Below, piece after piece: positions 1-10,330 of a stretch of DNA of 64,000 nt. The position numbers and the translations under genes were made by a program. Source of the stretch: Psilocybe cubensis (lineage: Eukaryota); assembly GCA_017499595.2 (NCBI GenBank), contig CM039006.1, forward strand, positions 2,790,001 to 2,854,000. Direction: 5' to 3'. Every line of letters begins with the position of its first letter. The first letter of the stretch is position 1. The notes under the pieces were generated by a model, which saw only the letters and a program-made list of their open reading frames with translations, searched no databases and was not told the origin of the DNA.

Positions 1-564
1 AATAAATTACTACCAGTGCTTCATTTCCTGAAAGATTGTTTTGCACCTTAGTATAGATGCAAGTATATATGAAGGGTTTGCTGGGTCCGTCCAGTCAAAC
101 GGAGATTAATGCACGGTTTAGGTCCTGTTATAGCTATGTAACTGACGACGCGTTTTGCGGTCATGCACTGCACGTGCTGTTGCGCCTACGCAGAGTTCCG
201 CAGGTAAACAGGGGCAAATTGCTCCGCCACGGCCTGGGTCAGCTGGATGTCTCTTCGTGATCATCATTTTGACAGTTTCTCCTTTCCCGACCCACCCAGA
301 TCAACTTCCTTCAGTTTTCTCAAGCCTTATATCTATAATAACGTTGACTTGCTATAGCAGTATTCCAACCACCGTGTTGAATGTGACCTTGATGAGCATT
401 AATGCCTCACGTTTGATTCCGTTTTACGGCCTGAAATAGTGGGAAGGATGAGACGGAAAGGGCGTTTATAATGCTATACTCTGAAGTCTAACATTCTCGA
501 TCGGATCTTACCCCACACTCGCCCCGCATTCGAGGCTCACCCTGAAGTCTCTTTCTTTCCCACT

Positions 565-572
565 TATATAAA
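565..572 (+). promoter_or_regulatory. TATA box upstream of small Cys/His protein gene
   Basis: TATATAAA followed by a CT-rich leader, 130 bp upstream of ATG 695. Confidence 0.6.
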
Positions 573-694
573 GCTCGCCGGCACCTCCCACCTCCCCTAT
601 CCTTCTTTCCTTCAGGAAGTCCAAGAGGTTCACTGTCTCCTCATTTTTCGCCCTTTTCAACCTACTTTTCGCTTTATTTTCCTTTCATACCACA

Positions 695-1188
695 ATGGCT
701 GCAGTTGACACCGCAACCCCAGCTACGATTGAGATTAACGACGCCATCTTCTGCACTCATTTGAAAGAAGTCGTAAGTAATATTCCACAGTCATGTCTAT
801 GGATCTCTAAGAGATCGCTGAGCATCGAACGCCAAACTGATCCCCCTTTCCCTACCCAGTGTGAAGAATGCAACTTTGATGGCAGAGAGGAGAACGATTC
901 GTTCTTCGGGGTACGTATCTATTGTGTCGCGTGATAAAGCCGCCGACCATTAATATCGTCGCTGTAGTTCGACACCATTGATCGCGAAGGCCTCGAGTGC
1001 CCTCCAGCCACCCAGACCAAGGACGGCACTTACCAGTGCAAGAAGCATGGATCTACCTGTACGTCGTAACTGTCGAATCTGTTTACTTGCCGTCTTAGCG
1101 ATCGACAATAGCCTGCAGCCAGTGCTACGGCTGGAAGAAACAAATTACCAGAGCCCGTACCCAGGCTAAGAAAGCCGGGAAGAAGTAA
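695..1188 (+). CDS. Small (98 aa) Cys/His-rich putative zinc-binding protein, 4 exons
   Basis: Exons 695-772, 860-910, 968-1058 and 1112-1188 with GT..AG introns splice in frame: MAAVDT...IFCTHLKEVCEECNFDGREENDSFFGFDTIDREGLECPPATQTKDGTYQCKKHGSTSCSQCYGWKKQITRARTQAKKAGKK*. Confidence 0.85.
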
Positions 1189-2579
1189 CCGAATGTTAAC
1201 ATGCAAATTGAATACGTCTAGAAGAGTGGAATATATGGACATTGCATGTACATGTACCCTCATTTCCCTTTCTGGCTCAAAGCACGTAGAAGTTGTAAAC
1301 CATGAACGCTGAATTGTAATTGTGATTGCCCTCGGAAAGGCTATAATCCCAGCGCATGATAACACGATCTCCGTCGGATCACTGACAACGTCAAGGTACG
1401 GTATCAATGTGTGAAAATCAAACGAGGGTTAGCTGGTGTTAGTTCTCTTCAAGCACGCCGTTCATTTTACTCACCGGTTCACTTTGTGTCGGTTATAAAT
1501 ATGTACGATATAGACGTGAATGTCATATTTGAATTCTGTATTCCGTTTCCAGGAGATCTTTCACAGTATTCTGGCGGTACAAAGAGCACACAAACGAATC
1601 ATGGCGCGACGAGCGACAAGCCATGTACTATCCTACTTCTTGTCCATTAATACGATTGCTATGTTTGTAGTAAAACAGCCAATACTTCCAAGGCTAACTA
1701 AGTCATGAATGCCTTGCCAAGTTCTGCCTTTCTCCCACATCGGTCGAATCTCGGATGGAAAGGTGTGGTGATGCCGCTCATGAGGAACATCTCTAGCTTG
1801 AGCTATTCCAGTCAGTCGTTAATATGTTATTTCACCCGTTATCTGGTTTGAGTACTGCGTGTAGATTAGTCCATCGCTATCGTATCAGGTAGCCACTGTC
1901 GGATGGCTATATTTTAATGGCCAGGAAATTTCTTTATGTTGACCACCCTATTGAGCCCGGTATCCTACTCAAGGTAAGCGCCCAACACTTAATGACCGTT
2001 GCCTATTTTTCAGTCAATTCAATAAAGCACCCTTCCGACAATTTCCTCAATACACAACTTATGATATTAATTACTGCTCCCTTATTAGTTCGAATGAAGC
2101 CCATGGTCCAAGTTTACGTTGTCTGTGCATCTTGGTCGTTCTCGAGCAACTAAGGTTCGTTTCAATGGTAAGTTCAAAATCTCAGATAGTCGGCATACAG
2201 ATTGTACAATTAAATTTTTCTTCAGTTCAACATCGGTTGTCATTTTCCAGTGTTAAAGCTAAGCTTGTGGCAACTCAGAGTGTTCGGTCACGGTGACTGA
2301 ATATGTGCAGGCCAAAAACAGACTATTTGATAGCTCACTAGAATAAGTACAGCTTCTTAGTTTAGGAATGTGCATGAAAAATATTCAGAGTATACCTATA
2401 TCGTGGGCCGTGGGCCGTCATACAGTCAAAAGTTGGCAAAACTTGAAGTTGGTCAAAAGCAAATTAAGGTCGGTGTTGTTTGATTCTAACGGCGGTAGCA
2501 AACAAATACAGGAATTCTTTTCCTTGGTCGCCGACGTCGTTCACGTCGCTGCCTCCGACGAGTAACCAACGAGCTCACC

Positions 2580-3905
2580 ATGGCCAGTCTTTTCGCCCGA
2601 CGAGCGTGCGCTGCATTGCCTAGAGGCGTACTTGTCCGTGTGCCATCGCGCTCTGCTCTACTAACTCGTTCAATACATGTCTCGCCCATTGGTTCGTTGC
2701 AAAAGTCAAATGTTTCCAGCACGAACCTGACAATTGTGTAGCTCAAAAGAAAAAGTCGCGAACGGCAGCCATTGAGGAAGATGACCTCTTTGCAGACGAC
2801 CTTTTCTCTGAAGACCTGGTTTCCGATACCTCCAGTGTTGCTCCGAAAAGCCAAGCTGCGCCCACCACCACCACCACTACCACCACCACCAGCGCGTCTT
2901 CGACTACCTCCACCACCGAGACTGTTTCCAAACCAAAATGGGTCCGTCGCAGAAAAGCCAAATTGGAACCCTCTACCCGACAGCAGCGTTTTGAAGCACA
3001 CCTCGCATATATCACCCCACGCCTTGGGCGTACGCCGGAGGTTGCGAACCCGCGCATCCGCAAGCGCCTGCTCATAACACTCGCGCAGCTCGCGAAGACC
3101 GAGGAAGAACTCACGAAGGTGTCGAATTTGCTTCCTGGTTATCATGCCGCGGGGCTTGAGGTCCCTGAAGGGTACGCGGAGGTGTTTGCGCGTGCGTGTT
3201 TTTCTTTTTCTCCGCCGTCCGTGGACGACTGACTATATACAAAATATCTATTCAATAGGCCGTTGCCAGGAGCTCACCTGCCCGCGCCTAGCACTTGACG
3301 TCTTTGGAAACTTCCCGCGGTACCAACTCGCACTCACTATTCCGGCAGGTCAATACCTTGTCCAGTCTCTCGCCGTGCACGATCCCAAGCAGCTTCCTAT
3401 CGCTCTTGCCCTGTTCAGCGCGTACAAGCTGCCTCCTCTGGCTGAAGACCTGACGACAGCTGCCATCGTCGCTGGCGCTTTCGCAAACGTCAAGTCCAAG
3501 TCCAAGAAGAACACTGAAAAGGCCCCGGTACTACGCGCCCTCGTCGAGGATTTGCGCGCCCCCATTGCCCAGTTGCTCGAGCGCACGAAGCAGGAGACGG
3601 AGGCAGCTGCGCAGAAAGCTTCCAAAGCTGCTGCTGCTGCCACCGCTGCGGCATATAAACAGGCAAAGCGCCAGCCAGACAACCAGGCCACCCGCAGAAC
3701 CCTGAGCAGCGCAAAGCGACGAGCTAGGGCAATGCGGGCTACCCCGCCCGAAACGGCGAAGAAGATGAACTGGGTTGCGTGGTCTCTGCATCGCGCAAAT
3801 AAGGCATACGTTTCGAAGGCGGTGGCTGGCGGCCAGCCGTTTGTCGATCCGGCACTGGTGCCAGCGGGCAATAGGGCTATTGCACGCTCAGTGGCTAAGG
3901 CGTAG
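2580..3905 (+). CDS. Hypothetical protein, probably mitochondrial, 3 exons
   Basis: ATG 2580 gives an Arg/Ser/Leu-rich, acid-free N-terminus (MASLFARRACAALPRGVLVRVPSRSALLTRSIH). Introns at ~2692-2741 and ~3192-3258 join an acidic/poly-Thr segment to the 2963-3232 and 3144-3905 ORF pieces (RCQELTCPRLALDVFGNFPRYQL). Confidence 0.75.
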
Positions 3906-4253
3906 GTCGAAAATTTGACGTGTGTCGGTGTGATTTGTAGCTCTTTAATATAATAGCATTCCTTTTTACTGCTGTTTTGTGTTGATTTTTTGAGCCCTCA
4001 GTATTGTCAACATACAATCCGCAGAAGGTTATTGCAGTCTCTGAAATGCACAGTGTGTAACGGTATGTCGTAGTTTCTATCGATCCACATAAATGCTCAT
4101 AATAAATTCGGTTCTACAGTTTTGAATCCCCCAGTTGAAATTCACAAATAAAGACAAAGCTTCAATAATCCAGCGTTTTTGAGTTCTGTACTGACATTTT
4201 TTGAAGTAGGGACAGGTATGACAAAGATAGGCTCAAAAAATACGGTACATGCG

Positions 4254-6308
4254 CTATCTCTTGCCCCACATCCCTCCCCCCTCGTCCTCCGTCTCTTCGA
4301 AGAAACTCTGCTCCTCGAGGTCGATCTCTCTGCTCTCCTGGCTTAGTTCGCATGGCGAGCAGAACAACGCTGCGGCACAATCACCCAGCCAGTCGCCCTC
4401 AATGTTGTACCTCCTCCTCACCGAGGCTCTGTTTGGTATCTACATATACCGATGAAGAAAATGGCAGTCAGCATCGGCGTAAGACCAGGATGAGATGGTG
4501 CCTCACCTGGATAGCCCACCCAAATAAACAGAATGTCGTCAGACACGCGTGGATGGCGCAGTCTCCTGAGCACGCAGGCCCACCTTTGGTCGGGTGCGCT
4601 GTTTGCTCGGCGTATAGGTACTCGATACGCGCCTTGTTCCGCCCGTAGACGATACATGGGCACCAGAGAGCTTTGCAACCTACCATCATAACGGTGTCAG
4701 TACCTCGCCTTTTGAATCCTTGCAGGCCAGCTCACATGTGCCCAAATTATGGTCGCAGAAGAGACAGAGGTCTGTGCTCCAGTCGCGTGTGCCATCCGCG
4801 GCGACTGGCATGCATTTCGCGTTGCGGTTCCCTCCCCCCTTTCCCCGTCGGCCCAGCCGCATCCCAGGGTGTCTCTGCGGCTGTTGAGAAACGGTGGACA
4901 TCTTTCTCGCAGGGCCCAGGTATACACCTCCCTCTTTGTCTTCAGTCACTTCTTTTGGCCAGCGTCGATCCATTCCTGAATAGGGATATGTGTGCGGATA
5001 GGAGAACGACGGTGCGCGCGAGTACGGTGCACCATACATCGACATCCCCGACCGCGCAGCATCAGGGAGAAGGCTGGGAGGGTTGTCCGGTACGACCCGC
5101 TGCTCATTTATCCGCTCCTCCGGACCCTGAATTGTATGTTCCGCACCTTCATTGACATATGAAAGGCCGTGAACTGCGAGCCGGATCTGCGGGCGTCGCT
5201 GCTGCTGAACAGGGCGATATTGCTGCGGGGAATTGGAGTAGAATGACGAGTTGCGTATGACCGTACGCTGATTTTGGACATTGGACCCGCCTAGGTGGCT
5301 AGACGAGGAGCCGCTGTACATTCGCCCTGGTCTGCTCCCGTATCTGACTCCGGCGGCGCCTCCTCGTGAATATTCGTCATCCTCGTACGTTACCGACTCT
5401 TCTCGTCGCATCCACTCCGGAGTGAGCGTCGGCGCAAGCAAGGAGGGCTTCCGCCTGTCCTCTATGCGTGTCAGAGGATATGCATGTGTGCGCGCGGGTT
5501 TGGGTAGGTGTTCCAGAGAAGGTTGTTGGGAGATGTAGGGCCTTGATGGTGTTGAAGTTGAATAGGAGTAAGGGTCTCGCGGGGCACCCTCAGCGGGTTG
5601 TCGTAGGGCGAGCGCCTGTACAGCGGCGGTCCGCCTACGAATCGTCAGCGGGCGGATGTCAGCGAATGTAACGGGTTTGACGGCTCTCTGAGCGACATGG
5701 TACACGTCGTCTGGGGGCCAGCCTCGGTCTCGTTCTCGGGGATGGTTAGTATAGGGATATTGGTGTCGCATCCGTTGCGACAGCGCATAGGGATAAGGAT
5801 ATGAAGACGGATCCACAGACATCGTTGGGGGGTTGGTTTGCAGTGTGTGCGACGGGTTGGCTATCTGCGGTGCTTCGCGACCCCGGATCTCTTCTTCTTC
5901 GTCGTGAACGCCGTAGTACTGATGGTGGTTGTACCGGCAGTAGCACCTCGCAGGATAATGCAGTCCCTGCGCCGCGGTATGGTCGTGTAGGTGTCGCGAA
6001 GGAGAGTCCGATCTCCTTTTTCGCTTTCCTCCTCTTCTTGTTCCTAATTCTTTGTCCTGGTTCCAGGCATCTGAATCCGTCATGACCTGTGGTTGCTGTT
6101 TAGCATGGAACTGCCATCTCCTATGCTGTTTGTCTACCACGACAGCCGGCGGCACATGGCGTGGTTCTCCAGGACTAGAATCGGAGTCAGGATCGAGTGG
6201 CACTTCGGATGGATTCGAGACTTGGAAATTGAACCCGGACAGGGTGTTTGTGTGGGTGATGTCGCGCAGTGTCGTAGTGGTGGTCGATCGGTTGTCGTCC
6301 GTGTCCAT
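4254..6308 (-). CDS. PLAC8-family Cys-rich protein with long disordered N-terminus
   Basis: Long first exon (ORF 4686-6512; the upstream ATG 6512 is also possible) ends in RDWSTDLCLFCDHNLGTC. Spliced to CKALWCPCIVYGRNKAR...GWAIQ and IPNRASVRRRYNIEGDWLGDCAAALFCSPCELSQESREI, which are PLAC8 hallmarks. Stop TAG at 4254-4256. Confidence 0.85.
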
Positions 6309-9300
6309 GATCGTGTCAGTTGAAAGTTTATGTGGGTAAAAGGAGAGAATGTGTGTCTTTGGAGCCGAATGTGTCAAGCGAGCGAGAGGGTTGTAGGCGA
6401 TTGGGTTGAGTAAGTGTGTGGCGGAGAAGTGGTGTGTTTTGAGTTTAGGTTCGGATTTCTGATTCGCTTTTTTTGCAGTGCGTATTTGGGAAAGGAGGTT
6501 TAGGAGAGACATTTTACGTTCTATTTTGGAATTGGACGCAGTCTCTTTCGCAATTACGGCGAAGTCAATATTGATTGGATGCTCCAGAAGGCCATTTCGA
6601 TAATTGAAGGCGAAGTGAAGACGGACATGAGCTTAGTCAAGAGTCTAAATCGGATAAAGAGAGCTTAGTCGCTACATTCATCGACCTAGAAAGGGCCTTT
6701 TCATCTGTCAATCTCCCTACACTTTGGCTCAAATTCGCCAGGCTGGCTCCAGCGGCCCTATTATGGGCAGGATGAAGATAACGGGTTTAAAACGAACATT
6801 TCTCGGAACTGTTTAAACAATATCATCATGATATTCCGTCGATAAATATGATTTTCACTAGATATAGCATCATAATGCCCGAATAATTCTAGCTAAACGT
6901 GCTAGGTGATGTACTATTTGCTATCGTAGTTTCCGGAATTCCTAATGGTAGTGTAGATACTTAAATAGAGTTTGGAAAGTGAGGCCGGGGAGACATGCGC
7001 CCTCGGCATGCTGTTCGTCATCGTGGGTGCTGCTCTGAGGCTTTAAGGCCTTGAGGACTCAGACATCTGTCATTAGGAGTGGGTGTGTTATCAGCCATAT
7101 TATCTACCCTGCAGAATCCAAGCCCAATCTTTTGAGACTTTTCCCCTTCAGTTCTCTGCCATACTACTTCAAAATTTGGGATTTCGTATGAATAAAGTGT
7201 ATCTACATGTTGATGCATTTGCATTCTTAAGAAACAAATCAGAAATTGCAGAACTACAGAATATGTCATCTGCCAGGCTCAGTGTTGTCTGCCAGCCAAA
7301 TTGCCGACACAGCCACCTTGCCGTGCCTCCCCTCCAAATCCATACGAAATTCTGCTCGTCGCAGCCCTTTATGGCTGGTTCAGGTATTTTCGAATGATTC
7401 CAGGAGCAGTAAGATGCAATTGCATATTAAATTCATGGTTTGGAAGTGTTGCGTCAGCGCGAATTTTTTAGATTTTCGAGTCGTTTCATACGGTATCTTA
7501 CAAATTTTACGTTTGCAATGATGCGTAGACACACCACCCGAAAAACGCTTACTTTTTGTTTTCTATTCTATCTGTTCAAACAAAAATGGTTTTTCCGTGC
7601 GAAAGGAGCACTTATTACGTTGAACCTGTGCAAGAAAACCTTTTTCCTTGTAATAATAAACATTTTTGTAACCACCAAATGGTTGAAATCCTTACGTTCT
7701 TTCGATTCGTTGAAGATATTGCGTGTTTACGCAGTGAGAAACATGCTTCGAGGCTAAGGGTGAAGAGATGTGACATCATTATAATAGACACCAATCGCCA
7801 CTTCGTAAAACTCGAAGAAGTAGCTTCCTTAAAATTTCAAGGCTCACCACCCTTTATCCTGAAATGTTGACAATGATAGCCTGGTAGGACAGGTTGCAAT
7901 ACATTGTCACCAATGAAACTGTAGACAGAATGTCAGTGTTTATTAAATCATGATCCAACAACTTATGAAGCTTGAAGCTTGAGGCTGAAGTCTCGCAAGG
8001 GCCATTCTGCGTGCGCGGTCCGAGATGTGGTCTACGACTCGCATTTGTTCCTCTCTAGAGTGAATTGAAACGATTTTCCGTCGTCGCGCAGACCTTTTTG
8101 AGTACAGCTGAGCATATATCAAAATGGTCGATATCGTGACGAATAAGCATACTTTTTCTGTGCGGAATTGCTCAGATTCGCTCACCGGAAATTAGTGAAA
8201 TGCAAGGCCACCAATAAGAAGCGGGTGTGATCTGTGCACTTTGACCGGAATACGGAAAGATTTCACAGAAACTCATATGCTCTGGGCACCTGTTACTGTT
8301 GAAGGCTTGAGGCATAGCAATAAAAACTATCCACGGGTAAGCAGGGAGCAGCGCCTTCGTAGAATTTGCAAAACAGAGGTCGAAGACGAGCGAATATAAT
8401 CAGGTGGAGACAGATATGACACCATCCTTAGACTCGATTAAATAGCTTCCAAATTCGCCTTGTTTGTTCACCAATAAAACTGTAAACATATATTCAGTGT
8501 ATATCAAATTATTACCCGTCACATTATGAAGCTTGAAGTCTTGTAAGGGCTAATCTGCATGTACGAAGATATGGTCGTTCCCGAAGACTCACATTTACAA
8601 CCTGAGAACACTGGATCTGGTCTTCAAATAATGATTATGATAGTTTCAGTGAAAGCTTGAATTTACGCATTCATCCCAGTGAATCTGAGCAATGCCAGCA
8701 AGTGCAATCCTCTATATTCACGCTCTCGCCCAGGTGTAGACTGGAGAATTTTGTCAATTTGCTTCAGAAAATACATGCCTAAATAATGTCAAGATGGCCG
8801 ATAATGTGGTGAATAAGCATGATGTTTCGCTGAATTGCTCAGAACCACTCACCAGAAACTCGTGCAATGCGAGGTCGATACTAAGAACTGTGTTTCCGCT
8901 ATGCACAATACGATGTACGAAAAAGCGCACCCCTCGTGGGTGCTTTACTGTATGTATTCAACTTATTCCGTTTTCTGTCTGACAAGAATCAAGTTAGCAT
9001 CGCCTTTAGCTGCATGCGCATCAGGGATCGACAATAGACCCCGTCCCCATCCACTTTTCCGTGTTAGTACGTATCGGTTGTGCATCCGAGTCTTGATCCT
9101 TCAGAAACCGGGCTGAGGCTGACAGACCGTGGACCAAGTCTACGATAACGTGTAATGAAGCTGGAGCTGGAGCTGGAACTAGATAGCGGCGGCAGAAGAA
9201 AGAACGTCCGACATCGGTCGAACCTAGGTCGAAAGACATGTAGGACCTTCCGCCCTCGAGCATACTTTACCGACAAAAACGCTGGGATACGTCCAGGAAG

Positions 9301-10330
9301 GCTGGATTGATCCCGGCGAATCCACTGGGCCGCTGAAACCTGGTCAGTGAGCACGCTGAGTATTGAGCATACGGTCAACATCTTCCAATGGTCGGAGCGG
9401 CGAGAGGGGGAGGCGCTTCGGAGGTTCGAATCATGCTGCTCCAGCGGATCTTCACGCGGACCAATGGTCTGATTCCACAATCCTGATTCCAGAAGGCAGA
9501 AATACTACCGCATCCTCGTTCACGCTCAGACTCCTGCGGCGCGATTACGATTGCTTCGAAGGGTCGCTAGTAAGAAGGCTCGGAATGGATGTTCCGGGGT
9601 GGAGCTGGTCCCAGGAGAGTGCTGCTCGTGCTCTGGTTGGCTAATCGAGCAAAGTCTCAGACTAGAGTAAAGAAATGTTCCCTCAAGCTCGGTGGATTGA
9701 GGCGGAGGCGAGGATCGACGATAAACTACAAGTCGCCCGCTGTTCGGTGTTCGCCTCACAATGCCGTTCTCGTGAGATTATTCGTGAGGCTATTAGGCAC
9801 CCAATGATCAAATGAAGGCTTACACACCAAAAAGCGAGCGAGACAGAATTCTGAACCCCCTGGAGGAACTAGTGTTTCACCATTGGCCCTTTAGCCCGGT
9901 TTGTGCTGGACTCGCAAGACGTGTGTGTCCGTTGCTCTCCTCCCATAGCGCAAATGGTTAACACAAAACACGCACTTCACAAATGGATTGAAGGTGTTAG
10001 ACAAGGGATTTACCTGAGGCTGAGGCTCAAGTTCGAGGTGCGACATGGAAAGCGGCCGAGAGTGAGATGATTTGGGGATCGTCCAGATGGGGAAGGCAAA
10101 ATATGGTTGTGAATGAAGAGGCGTGATGGCTCTGTTGTTAAGCTCTTCCCTTCTTTGCGTCTGCGCTTCTTTTTTTCCCCCGCGTGTCGTGCTGCCTGCC
10201 TGCCTGTCTGTCCTTTCTCTCTCTCTGCATGCTGCTTTCATCCTCTTCATTTTCTTGTTGAGCAAAGGTGCGTGTTTGTACGATTTCTGGTCCTGACCTG
10301 GGGTTCAACTGTACTGCACCAGGTGCTCAG

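Noticed and set aside
2486..3871. Minus-strand ORFs of 219, 123 and 173 aa
   Set aside because: Antisense shadows of the GC-rich + strand gene and its (ACC)n poly-Thr tract.
9405..9445. GGTTCGAATC T-loop-like motif suggesting a tRNA
   Set aside because: No acceptor stem, D-arm or cloverleaf could be formed.
9021..10265. Possible minus-strand spliced gene starting MSHLELEPQPQ
   Set aside because: Splice-like sites are present, but all frames I tried hit stops and no domain was recognised.
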